DNA from: an uncultured delta proteobacterium
GTDB taxonomy: Bacteria > Desulfobacterota > Binatia > Binatales > Binataceae
NCBI GenBank assembly: GCA_963850125.1
Contig: CAWKKB010000013.1
Location: 112,280-176,279 of the forward strand
Reading direction: 5' to 3'
DNA: 64,000 nucleotides
Position 1 is the stretch's first letter. Each line of letters begins with the position of its first letter. The position numbers and the translations under genes are program-made. Below the pieces are notes generated by a model, which saw only the letters and a list, made by a program, of their open reading frames with translations, was not told where the DNA came from and did not search any database. This document shows positions 19,421-27,971 of this stretch, one piece after another.

Positions 19421-19603
19421 GTGTCAGCTAAACCGGGTTGCCTCGCAACCCGCACCGCAGTCGCAGCACGGCGGTGCAGTTGAAATGCGGCATGGAGAAC
19501 GCCTGATCTTAGACCGATTCAGGTGCAAATCAGGCTGAATCCGATGGCAACGCTCTTGCTCTCTTGACCAGCGAACGCTCAACCACAGGGAGGCAGGCGA
19601 ATC

Positions 19604-19843
19604 ATGTTCGCATGGATCCTAATCGGACTTATCTCGGGATGGCTGGCAGGAAAAATTCTCAACGGCAACGGCTACGGCGTGATGTGCGACATCGGGCTCG
19701 GACTGCTGGGCGGCGTCGTCGGCGGAATGATCTTCGAGGTCCTGGGCGTGCGCGCACACAACTTCATCGGCGCAATCCTGATGTCGACGGCCGGCGCCAC
19801 CGCGCTGGTGATAGCGACAAGAATAATTCGCGACGAAATCTGA
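19604..19843 (+). CDS. GlsB/YeaQ/YmgE family stress-associated small membrane protein
   Basis: 79 aa. Gly-rich TM helices GLISGWLAGKI...GLGLLGGVVGGMIFEVLG are typical of the family. Confidence 0.75.
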   Translation: MFAWILIGLISGWLAGKILNGNGYGVMCDIGLGLLGGVVGGMIFEVLGVRAHNFIGAILMSTAGATALVIATRIIRDEI

Positions 19844-19859
19844 GCGCGGCGCTCCAACA

Positions 19860-19935
19860 CCTCTCCCTTCGGGAGAGGGCGCGCTCCCGCGCAGGTGAGG
19901 GCGCCAGCATTGTGCTCGATGCCAGCGCCCTCACC
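19860..19935. terminator. Cluster of GC-rich hairpins between convergent genes, likely a bidirectional terminator. The first hairpin is a member of the REP-like repeat family.
   Basis: CCTCTCCC-TTCG-GGGAGAGG (19860-19879), GCGCG-CTCC-CGCGC, then an 11-bp stem GGTGAGGGCGC...GCGCCCTCACC (19894-19935). Located between the yeaQ-like stop (19843) and the LLM stop (19988). Confidence 0.5.
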
Positions 19936-19987
19936 CGACGCTCGCGGACTCGCGTCGACCTCTCCCCGCGGGAAAGGATTGCCATCC

Positions 19988-20839
19988 CTAAACGTACAGC
20001 TCTGCGATCTTCTTCAGCATCCCTTCGGAATTCTCAAACGTTAGATCTCCCAATCCTGCGACGAATCGTCCCGCGCCGGCTTCCGCGAACTCCTTGAGTC
20101 CATCCTGGACCTTCGCGCGGTCGCCGCGGATTCCGCCCATGATTGTGATATCCAGCTCCGCGAAATTCCTGCCGACCGTCGCGCATTCACGCTTGAGCTC
20201 ATCGACCCGCGTCTTCAATTGCGCCGCAGTTAACTGGATCGGGCACCATCCGTCGGCCCACTTCGCAACCCGCTTGAGTGCATTTTTGTCGAGGCTGCCG
20301 ATCAGCACCGGCGGTCCCGATTTCTGCGCTGGCTTCGGCAACGACTTCACCGGGGGAAACTTGACGTACTTGCCCTCGAAAGACGGCTGGTCCTCGGTCC
20401 ACAGTTTGCGCATCGCTGCGACTATCTCGGCCGTCTCGGTCCATCGATGGGGGAAATCGACGCCGAACAAATCGCTTTCCTCGCGCAGCCATCCGGCGCC
20501 AATTCCGAACAGCACGCGGCCGCCCGAGTATGCATCCAGCGTCGCGAACTGTTTGGCGAGCGTGAGCGGTTCATGCTCAGGCACCAGGCAGATGCCGGTG
20601 GCGAGTTTCAGATTCCTGGTGACGGCGGCCGCCATGCTGAGCGCGATCATCTGATCGGCCATCGTAAAGTATGGCGGCGGGATCGGGCCGCCGGAGGGGA
20701 ACTGCTGCTTGGGATTCGCGGGCATCGCGGGATGCTCCGGCACCCAGATGGATTCGAATCCGAGCGACTCAGCGACTCGCGCAAATTCCGCAGGGTGAGC
20801 ATTCTTGCCAGTGAACGGCGTCAGCAATCCAATTTTCAT
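19988..20839 (-). CDS. LLM-class (luciferase-like) flavin/F420-dependent oxidoreductase
   Basis: 283 aa TIM-barrel LLM family. ESIWVPEH...LATGICLVP...LFGIGAGW blocks. Confidence 0.75.
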   Translation of the reverse strand: MKIGLLTPFTGKNAHPAEFARVAESLGFESIWVPEHPAMPANPKQQFPSGGPIPPPYFTMADQMIALSMAAAVTRNLKLATGICLVPEHEPLTLAKQFATLDAYSGGRVLFGIGAGWLREESDLFGVDFPHRWTETAEIVAAMRKLWTEDQPSFEGKYVKFPPVKSLPKPAQKSGPPVLIGSLDKNALKRVAKWADGWCPIQLTAAQLKTRVDELKRECATVGRNFAELDITIMGGIRGDRAKVQDGLKEFAEAGAGRFVAGLGDLTFENSEGMLKKIAELYV

Positions 20840-20867
20840 ATTTTCCTCACGAGAGCGGCGTTCCCGC

Positions 20868-22289
20868 TCAGTTGCTTCTCACCACGGCGGGCGGCTTCCA
20901 CGAGCCGGTCAGCGCCGCGTCTTTCGGCCAGTACAGCCGCATCACTACGTAAATCGGGCCGTCCGGAGCCGGCAGCCAGTTCGTTTCGTTGTCCGCTCCG
21001 GGCGAGTCTTTCTGCAGGTAAATGGTCATCGAGCCGTCAGCGTTCTTCTTCAGGTCCGGCAGCATCGCCGAGTTAATCAGGTACCGATGGAGTGGATTCT
21101 TGACCAGCAACTGTGTCTTGCCGTCGTACATGGTCACCGACCAGAACGCGTTCACTGGAGGCAGCGCTCCAGCGTGGAACGTCAGGGTGTAACGGTTCGT
21201 GCCGCAATTCGGTTTCTTGCCGCGGCTGTCGGTGGCGAGCAACGGATATAACGCCTCGGCCGCGTCATTGCCGTAGATTCCCGCCATCGCGGCGGCAGCG
21301 CGGCGCGTCCAGTTGCCAGCGAACGAATCGCGATTACCGAAGCCGCTGGTCGACACGCGCCAGCCATTCTCAATCCGGCCGAAAGTTCCGAGTTCCTCCT
21401 GTATCTGGTACATCCCGTTCTTGATGCCCATTTCGATTGCGGACGTTCCTCCCGGCGTATTGGGGGAGAAAGGCTTGCCCGCTTCAATCCCGATCCTGGC
21501 GAATCGCTCGCGCATTGGAATCTCCACTGCTGCGGGGCCAGTCGCCGGACAGAATTGCAGAATGAAGCTCAGGTAGGTGAAAGGACCTGCGTCCGCTTTT
21601 CTTTTGTCGATCTTTGGCCACTTGATCGCGGCAGCCGGCGGCGGTGCGGCTTTATGCTGGAACTTCGAAAGCGGCTCACCGCGATACCCCGCTTGGATCT
21701 TCTTCACGTTTTCGAGATCGCTGGCGTTGAATAGCTGCGTGCGGATTAGTCCGATCGAGAATTCCGTCTCGCTGTGGAACACCTTTGAGATGCCTTCGGG
21801 CTTGTCGCCCGTCCAGCCAGGCCCGGAGATCATGTAGCAGCCGGCGCCGTTACCCGTCGTGCGGCTGCCGATGTAGCCGTAGTTGAAGGTGTACCAATCG
21901 ACTAACTGAATGGAAAAATACCGCGGCTTCTCAATCTCCGGATTGCACAAAACATACGGCTCGGTCCGCAGATCCATCGCGACAAACGAGTACGGCGTGT
22001 CGCTGTTGGGTGTGACGACCGCAGTGTCCGCCGGCGTATAGACGCGGGCCGTGTTGTAGAGCGTGTTAATCGGACCTTTGTATTCGGGCGACGATTTGTC
22101 GATCCAGTACTGGTAGAAGACGGCGTAGTTCATAACGAGAGGCAGGCCGTAAACGAACGCCTCGCCGGCGATAAGGGTTGGCCAGTCGTTGCCGGCCTGT
22201 GCATAAGCTGGATGATCCGATTCCAGCGTCGCCATACTTATGGCAACGACGAGCGCCATCACTGCCGTTTTGAACATCTTGTTCGGCAA
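20868..22289 (-). CDS. Secreted DUF1254/DUF1214-like protein
   Basis: 473 aa. N-terminal signal peptide MFKTAVMALVVAISMATLES. Architecture resembles two-domain DUF1254+DUF1214 proteins. Assignment from memory of family features only. Confidence 0.4.
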   Translation of the reverse strand: MPNKMFKTAVMALVVAISMATLESDHPAYAQAGNDWPTLIAGEAFVYGLPLVMNYAVFYQYWIDKSSPEYKGPINTLYNTARVYTPADTAVVTPNSDTPYSFVAMDLRTEPYVLCNPEIEKPRYFSIQLVDWYTFNYGYIGSRTTGNGAGCYMISGPGWTGDKPEGISKVFHSETEFSIGLIRTQLFNASDLENVKKIQAGYRGEPLSKFQHKAAPPPAAAIKWPKIDKRKADAGPFTYLSFILQFCPATGPAAVEIPMRERFARIGIEAGKPFSPNTPGGTSAIEMGIKNGMYQIQEELGTFGRIENGWRVSTSGFGNRDSFAGNWTRRAAAAMAGIYGNDAAEALYPLLATDSRGKKPNCGTNRYTLTFHAGALPPVNAFWSVTMYDGKTQLLVKNPLHRYLINSAMLPDLKKNADGSMTIYLQKDSPGADNETNWLPAPDGPIYVVMRLYWPKDAALTGSWKPPAVVRSN

Positions 22290-22370
22290 TTTAACTCACT
22301 TCACCGCCCCTGGAGGAATCGGGCAACCCCGAGCGGGTGAACATCTAATAGAGCGATTTGTGCTTGCGCG

Positions 22371-22844
22371 CTACCAGCCGAAGAAATCTTTCGCTGCGAC
22401 GAACTTAGCGATCCCGGCTGCTTCACCTGCGAGTCTGTCGACTTCCTGATCGCCGACCATCGTCGACGACGTCAGGTCGACGCCGTACAAATCCGCCAGT
22501 TCCGTGATCATGCCACCCTTGGGCTTGCGGCATTCGCAGTTGTCGTCGTCTGTGTGCGGACAGATTTGCCATCCGGTCAGAATATCGCCGAGCTGATGGT
22601 CAAGCTGCGCGAGAGCTGCTTCGACTTTTTCCACTTTGAGACGGCCGCGCGTGATTCCCGCCTGGTTGGTGACGATAAACATCAGATGGTTGTGCAGCGG
22701 GCGTAGCTTGTCGGCGACGTTGGGCAGCAGTTCGATTACGATGTTACCGTTAGCGTCGAGCGGAATTTCTCGCGACTCGTTCAGCTTGACCAGGGTGCCG
22801 CCTAGATCGAAGAACAGCGCCGCGTTGCCATTCGGATTGGCCAT
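22371..22844 (-). CDS. HAD-IIIA phosphatase, GmhB/HisB-N-like (D,D-heptose-1,7-bisphosphate phosphatase family)
   Basis: About 157 aa from MANPNGNAALFFDLGGTLV. FFDLGG nucleophile motif, IVTNQAGITRG, Zn-binding ICPHTDDDNCECRKPKGGMI and MVGDQEVD match the GmhB signature blocks. The ORF-track start (22931) overlaps the upstream aminotransferase; the internal Met at 22844 is more plausible. Confidence 0.7.
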   Translation of the reverse strand: MANPNGNAALFFDLGGTLVKLNESREIPLDANGNIVIELLPNVADKLRPLHNHLMFIVTNQAGITRGRLKVEKVEAALAQLDHQLGDILTGWQICPHTDDDNCECRKPKGGMITELADLYGVDLTSSTMVGDQEVDRLAGEAAGIAKFVAAKDFFGW

Positions 22845-22860
22845 CGAAAAAAGATCTCGC

Positions 22861-24231
22861 TTATGCGTGATGCCAGTCAACGTGGTCACGAACGTGCGCG
22901 AACACTTCGTCCAGGATTTCGACGCCGGCATCCGCCTGCGCTTCAGTGATTACAAGCGACGGGTTGATACGAATCTTGGGAAAGTAGGCCATCGTGATCA
23001 GACCGCGCTTGAGGCATTCGGCGAAGATCAGCTCGGTGACTTTCTTGCCGAGCAGTTCCTTGGTTTCGAGATCGCGCACGAGCTCGACCCCAATAAGTAG
23101 TCCCTTGCCGCGTACGTCGCCGATGAATTCGTACTTTTCCTTGAGCTGCACCAGGCGTGAGAGCATCATCGCGCCCACTTTGCGCGAGTTCTCGACCAGA
23201 TGCTCTCGCTGAATCGCGCCGATCGTTTCCGAGACCGCAACTGCCGCGAGCGGATTTCCGCCGTAACTCGACGACGACGCGCTCGGCTTACCGAACGGCT
23301 CCGCCTTGCCCAGCTCGTCGCTCAGCAGCACGCCCGAGACCGGGAATCCCGAGCCCATGCCTTTCCCGACGGTGACGATATCCGGACGGACGCCGCTATG
23401 CTCGACGCCCCACCATTTCCCGGTACGTCCGAAGCCGGTGATCATTTCGTCAGCTATCAGCAGCGCGCCGAAATCCTTGGCGACGGATTTGACCGCGGGC
23501 ATCCAGTCGTCGGGCGGAATCACATTGCCAGCCGTGCCCTGCATCGGCTCGGCGACGATCGCAGCGAGCGCCCCGCTGGAACTCATCTTGATTTGCTGAC
23601 GCGCGAAATCGACACAGTAAAGACCGCAGTCGGGATATTTCAACTTGAACGGACATCGGTAGCAGTCAGCATACGGCACCGTGTATTGCCCGCCCTGCAA
23701 AGGTCCGTAGCCTTGCTTCGATTCGTCGCCGATAAGTCCGAGGACGCCGCCGGTCTTGCCGTGGAACCCGCCCCAAAAACTCACCGCTTCATGATGGCCG
23801 GTTGCGGAGCGCGCCAGCCTGAGGGCGGCTTCGACCGCCTCCGCGCCGCCGCTGTACAGATGCGCGCGATTCAATCCGGCGGGCGCGACTTCGGCCAGCG
23901 CCTTGAACGCAGCCGCACGCTCTTTGGTCGCGAAGGTGCCGACTGTCAACCGCGACGCCTGGTTCGACAGCGCTTGCGCCATCCCCGGATGCGCATGACC
24001 CAAACTCGCGACCGCCACGCCCGCAAAAAAATCCACGTAGGTGTTGCCGTCGGCGTCGGTGAGAGTCGCGCCTTCGCCGTGGTCGAAAGCGAGGCCGGCG
24101 AGCAGCGAGATTCGCTGGCGGCCGGGCGCGATATATTTTTGTTCGAGGTCGAAGATCTCTTTCGACTTGGGTCCTGGAACTGGAGTCTTGATCGAGGGAA
24201 GTTTTCCGTTGGTGGTCGTCGTGGTCTTCAA
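22861..24231 (-). CDS. Class III PLP-dependent aminotransferase (acetylornithine/ornithine/GABA-aminotransferase family; HpnO-like)
   Basis: 456 aa. Fold-type I aminotransferase class III blocks: GNTYVDFFAGVAVASLGH, LLIADEMITGFGRTGKWW, TVGKGMGSGFP (Lys in TVGK). Confidence 0.85.
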   Translation of the reverse strand: MKTTTTTNGKLPSIKTPVPGPKSKEIFDLEQKYIAPGRQRISLLAGLAFDHGEGATLTDADGNTYVDFFAGVAVASLGHAHPGMAQALSNQASRLTVGTFATKERAAAFKALAEVAPAGLNRAHLYSGGAEAVEAALRLARSATGHHEAVSFWGGFHGKTGGVLGLIGDESKQGYGPLQGGQYTVPYADCYRCPFKLKYPDCGLYCVDFARQQIKMSSSGALAAIVAEPMQGTAGNVIPPDDWMPAVKSVAKDFGALLIADEMITGFGRTGKWWGVEHSGVRPDIVTVGKGMGSGFPVSGVLLSDELGKAEPFGKPSASSSSYGGNPLAAVAVSETIGAIQREHLVENSRKVGAMMLSRLVQLKEKYEFIGDVRGKGLLIGVELVRDLETKELLGKKVTELIFAECLKRGLITMAYFPKIRINPSLVITEAQADAGVEILDEVFAHVRDHVDWHHA

Positions 24232-24274
24232 TTGATAGCGGTTCCGAATCCTTCTTTGAATTTCCGGCGCGGCG

Positions 24275-25096
24275 CTAACGCGGCCGGCCTAGCAGACTTA
24301 TCGCACGGCGCGCGATCGCGCGAGCGGCCGGGCCGCGCACCCGGCTATAGCTGGGCCAGTCGTTAAAATCGATAATCGCAAAACGGTCTCCACCCAGGAC
24401 TGCGTCTCCGCCCCACGCCTCGAGGCCGAGCGCGGCCGCCGCGGCAGAAGCTGCGTCAGACAGCGCGCGCACGGCGGCCTCGGGAACTTCCTCGTCCTCC
24501 GGATGCACGCTGAAATGCGAATTGCCGCTGACGCCGTAAAATTTCACGACGCGGCCGACGACTTCCTGCTGAACGTACGCGAAGCGAACTCCGCGCTGCG
24601 CGAAATCGGCGAGAATCGACTCGACCTGCGCGCGATCGGCCGCGCGCTGCACGTCTTCGGGCGCGAGCGCATGCAAATCTCCGCGCTTCACGAACACGCC
24701 CGCCGACAAGTCCAGCCCGGCAAGCTTGCGCGCATCGAGCGGCTCGTCCGCGGGAATCAGCGCGCCGACCGGAGTCGGTACTCCGGCGCGCTCGAGGCCG
24801 GGCGCGAGTAAATCGCGATAGCAGTTGCGAATCGAGAGCGCGGAGTTGATCGCAATCGCACCCGCCTGCTCGACGGCGGCCAGCCGCTTGAGTGCGCGCG
24901 GGCCTTGGCACATCGGCAGCACGAGATCGGCGCGCGGGGTTGGTCCCGCCGCAAAGTTGACCGCGTCCACGGTCTGGATATCGAGGCCCTCGCGCTTCAG
25001 CTCCGCCATCGTGGCATCGAGAATCGCGGCGTCGGCTTCGACCTTGCCCGGTGAGAACTCGGGTTCCCGATAAATTCCCAAAGCTTTGTGGCTCAT
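24275..25096 (-). CDS. ATP-grasp-like ligase (RimK-like, divergent)
   Basis: 273 aa. Block AINSALSIRNCYRDLLAPGLERAGVPTP resembles the RimK pre-ATP-grasp/ATP-grasp junction (INS..AIR.C.DKL.T.QLL...GIPVP). C-terminal IIDFNDWPSYS resembles the E/D-x-N..P Mg-binding loop. Low-identity call. Confidence 0.45.
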   Translation of the reverse strand: MSHKALGIYREPEFSPGKVEADAAILDATMAELKREGLDIQTVDAVNFAAGPTPRADLVLPMCQGPRALKRLAAVEQAGAIAINSALSIRNCYRDLLAPGLERAGVPTPVGALIPADEPLDARKLAGLDLSAGVFVKRGDLHALAPEDVQRAADRAQVESILADFAQRGVRFAYVQQEVVGRVVKFYGVSGNSHFSVHPEDEEVPEAAVRALSDAASAAAAALGLEAWGGDAVLGGDRFAIIDFNDWPSYSRVRGPAARAIARRAISLLGRPR

Positions 25097-25818
25097 GGCA
25101 TCTTCCGTATTGCGAGGCGCGCGGCGTCGAGGTCCGACGCTTCATCCACGTCGATCGATCCTTCAATCTCGATCGCATCCAGCCGCATCCCGCGTTCTAT
25201 GAGCATCGCAAGGAAGCGGCGGAGCGCGTCGAGTCCCGCGCGGCGCGCGTCGGCGGCGTACTCGAAAATTCGGGTCGACAGGAAATAAAGTCCTGCCGTC
25301 ATCATAGAAGTGTGACGGTTGCCCAGCCCGATGATCAACCCATTCCCTGTTACATCTGCGAAAAGTGGCTTGAGCTCGCCGCGCCATCGCGACACGGCCA
25401 GCACACCGCTCAGGTTTTTGTCGCCACAATCCTCGATTTTCCGCCGCGACTCATTAACAAACCGCACCAATTCTTTCAGCGGAATTACGGCGTCTACCGT
25501 CGATGCGACAAACCATCCCGGCTCGAGTACATCGGCCAATGCGAGCATCGTTTCCATCGAGTTGGCAGTATCGCGAACGACGAAACGCGCCGACGGCGGC
25601 ATCTCAAGCGCCATCTCGCCCGCAATCCGCGCCGTCTCCGAATTGATCACCGCCACCACCGACGATGCTCCCGCGTCGAGCAGTGCGCGCGCCTGTCGCG
25701 AGAGCATCGCCTCGCCGCCCAAAATGACCAGCGGCTTTGGAGTGTCGTCGCGCGTCGAGATGCGCAGGCGCTCGCCACGGCCGGCGGCAATAATCGCTCC
25801 TTGCAATTTGGTCACCAT
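25093..25818 (-). CDS. Sugar-phosphate/alcohol-phosphate nucleotidyltransferase (NTP_transferase fold; HddC/LicC/MurU-like size)
   Basis: 241 aa. G-x-G-x-R-L signature AIIAAGRGERLR followed by KPLVILGGEAML. Overlaps the neighbouring genes by 4-7 nt, consistent with operon coupling. Confidence 0.7.
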   Translation of the reverse strand: MVTKLQGAIIAAGRGERLRISTRDDTPKPLVILGGEAMLSRQARALLDAGASSVVAVINSETARIAGEMALEMPPSARFVVRDTANSMETMLALADVLEPGWFVASTVDAVIPLKELVRFVNESRRKIEDCGDKNLSGVLAVSRWRGELKPLFADVTGNGLIIGLGNRHTSMMTAGLYFLSTRIFEYAADARRAGLDALRRFLAMLIERGMRLDAIEIEGSIDVDEASDLDAARLAIRKMP

Positions 25819-26540
25819 TGAATCTGCGCAACTTCGTCGATGCTTCGTATCGTCACGTCAGTGGCGGCTGAATCTTTACCGGATCGCGGTTCGGTGCACA
25901 GCCATACTGTCCGCATGCCTAGTTTTCGCGCGGGTGCGCAATCCTTGCCCAGCGAATCCCCAATCATCGCGACCGAACTTGCCGCGCATTGTATTTTCTT
26001 CAAGGCGGCCTCGAAGATGCGTACGTCAGGTTTGAAAATTCCGACGCGCGATGAATCAGCGACCGAGGTGAAGAATCGATCGAGCTTTGCTTCCTCGAGA
26101 ACGCGGTCTAGGTTCCCATAGAAATTAGACACAACGCCCATCTTGAAGCGGTTTTTGAGCGGGCCGACGACGTCGCGACTGTGCGCAAGACCTGCTGACG
26201 TTTCGCGAACGAAGAAATTCGTCACAACCTCGACGAATCGATGGCGTCCCGCGGCGCTGGAATCATCCAAGGTCGCACGAAGCGCGTCGGGACCACTCTT
26301 GCGCAGGTATTCGAACTGATGCCCTACCAGGAACCGCACCAGGTCCATCAATCCGAAGCGCGCGACTATCCTGGTCGCGCCGTAGCCGATTCGCGTCGCG
26401 TGATCGAAGGCGGGGTCGAGCTCGTTCCGGGTGATTTCAACGCCTGCCGCGCTGTAGCTCGCCAGGAATCGGTCGAGCCAGTGCGCAGGCCCGTCGAGGG
26501 TGCCTCCGAAATCGAACAGGAGAGCGGTAATCGGGGCCAT
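25812..26540 (-). CDS. HAD-superfamily hydrolase (phosphatase/phosphomutase-like)
   Basis: 242 aa. Motif I LLFDFGGTL (DxG), plus internal GDSLGKD-type motif III (MIGDSLGKD). Confidence 0.65.
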   Translation of the reverse strand: MAPITALLFDFGGTLDGPAHWLDRFLASYSAAGVEITRNELDPAFDHATRIGYGATRIVARFGLMDLVRFLVGHQFEYLRKSGPDALRATLDDSSAAGRHRFVEVVTNFFVRETSAGLAHSRDVVGPLKNRFKMGVVSNFYGNLDRVLEEAKLDRFFTSVADSSRVGIFKPDVRIFEAALKKIQCAASSVAMIGDSLGKDCAPARKLGMRTVWLCTEPRSGKDSAATDVTIRSIDEVAQIQW

Positions 26541-26583
26541 AAAACGGCCATTGTACCAGCCACAGCGATCATCCTCCAGTTTT

Positions 26584-26599
26584 GTTTCATCGATGAAAC
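26584..26599. promoter_or_regulatory. Perfect 16-bp palindrome GTTTCATCGATGAAAC in an AT-rich divergent promoter; candidate operator
   Basis: Read directly: ...agttttGTTTCATCGATGAAACgaacc... Located in the 215-bp low-GC spacer between the divergent HAD-NTase-ATPgrasp-AT-GmhB operon and the NTase::CDP-OH-P-transferase/B12-rSAM operon. Confidence 0.4.
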
Positions 26600-26755
26600 G
26601 AACCGTTTTTAGAGTAAGAAAAGACTCGCTTCAGAAAAAAGATGAACTCATAATTAATGTGTGAGCTTAGTAGAAGGGCTACTTCCGCCGGCGTTACCGC
26701 TGTGTTACCGTGGCGCGATTGAAGAGGGGGAAAACCGGGTTTTAGTGGAACGTCA

Positions 26756-27952
26756 TTGATCGAAACCGCTCTAATCGCTGCACCTGACCGCGCGGATAAT
26801 GCGGTCTTCGGCCGTCCGCTGTTAGAGCGGCTGATGATTAATTGCGAGCGCGCCGGGATTAAGCGGTTCGTCATCGCGGCGCCGCGCGAGCGTTATTCGG
26901 ATGTCGCGCGCGCGATGGGCCGGTTCAAAAACAGCGACTCGGTCGCGATGGTCGAGTCGTTCGGCGAGATTCTGAATCAGCGGACTGCACAGGAATTGGG
27001 CATCGACCCACTATTGCCGTGCGTGTCCTTTTCGGGAAACCTGGTATTTGCCAAGTCGCAACTGGCGCGAATCCTTGACGCGCACGCCTCCAATCCGAAA
27101 TCGGTACATCGGGCGATCAGCACTGACCATGACCGTGGCGGTGAAATCGCGACTGGTGCGATCGGCGAGATTCTCAAGCGTGGCGGGATTTCGACCCCTG
27201 TTCCTGCATCTGCTGCGAGCCTCCTGCCCTTTGCCCTGAACGGTCGTCCCGAAGATCGGGAGGAAGCCGAATTGCGGCTGGCGAAATCGATTCGCGAGGA
27301 GTCGGCGCACAAGGACGCGCCGATGGCGCGATGGGTCGACCGGCGCATTTCGTGGCGCATCAGCTATTGGCTCGCGTCGCATACGCGCGCAACGCCGAAC
27401 ATGATCACGGTCGCGAACACGATGTTCGGGCTGGCGACTGCGTGGATGTTTTCGGTGCCGAACTACTGGATGCGGCTGTTCGCGGCGATTTTCTTTTTGA
27501 TTTCGATCACGATCGATGGCGTCGACGGCGAGTTGGCGCGGCTCAAGATGGTTGAGAGCGATTTCGGCGGCGCGCTGGACGTAATCACCGACAATGTCGT
27601 CCACGCCGCCGTGTTCATCGGCTTGCTGGTCGGATGTTACAGGGTCGAGCATAGCCGCGCTTACCTTTACCTGATTCCAATCCTGCTGGGCGGATTTGCG
27701 ATGTGCGCTTATGCGACGTGGCGCGCATTTAAGATAAAAGGCGCGCGCGCGGCGGAATGGTTGGACAAGGTCGATCGATGGAGCGGGCGCGATTTCGCCT
27801 ATTTGCTCGTGGTATTGGCTCTAATCAATCGGCTAGAGTACTTCGCTTGGGGAACAGCGTTCGGTACTTACCTGTTCGCCCTGGGGCTGATATGGATTGC
27901 CGGCCGGACCGAATCGTCAATGAAGCCTGAAGAGTCTGCAGGAATAAGTTGA
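26756..27952 (+). CDS. Bifunctional-architecture protein: N-terminal nucleotidyltransferase-like (GT-A/NTP_transferase-like, signature degenerate) domain fused to C-terminal CDP-alcohol phosphotransferase membrane domain (IPCT/DIPPS-like organisation)
   Basis: 398 aa. Perfect CDP-alcohol phosphatidyltransferase motif D-G-x2-A-R-x8-G-x3-D-x3-D in DGELARLKMVESDFGGALDVITD, followed by 3-4 TM helices. N-terminal about 200 aa has ALIAAPDRADNAVFGRPLL instead of the canonical G-x-G-T-R-L. Confidence 0.7.
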   Translation: MIETALIAAPDRADNAVFGRPLLERLMINCERAGIKRFVIAAPRERYSDVARAMGRFKNSDSVAMVESFGEILNQRTAQELGIDPLLPCVSFSGNLVFAKSQLARILDAHASNPKSVHRAISTDHDRGGEIATGAIGEILKRGGISTPVPASAASLLPFALNGRPEDREEAELRLAKSIREESAHKDAPMARWVDRRISWRISYWLASHTRATPNMITVANTMFGLATAWMFSVPNYWMRLFAAIFFLISITIDGVDGELARLKMVESDFGGALDVITDNVVHAAVFIGLLVGCYRVEHSRAYLYLIPILLGGFAMCAYATWRAFKIKGARAAEWLDKVDRWSGRDFAYLLVVLALINRLEYFAWGTAFGTYLFALGLIWIAGRTESSMKPEESAGIS

Positions 27953-27971
27953 GCCTGCAGGCGGAGGAAGT

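Noticed and set aside
26756-27952. Considered calling this 398-aa protein HpnI (hopanoid GT2 glycosyltransferase) because of size, N-terminal GT-A-like fold, C-terminal TM helices and adjacency to a B12-rSAM (hpnJ-like arrangement).
   Set aside because: The C-terminal region carries an exact CDP-alcohol phosphotransferase motif (DGx2ARx8Gx3Dx3D), which GT2 enzymes lack. No DxD/QxxRW GT2 signatures were found.
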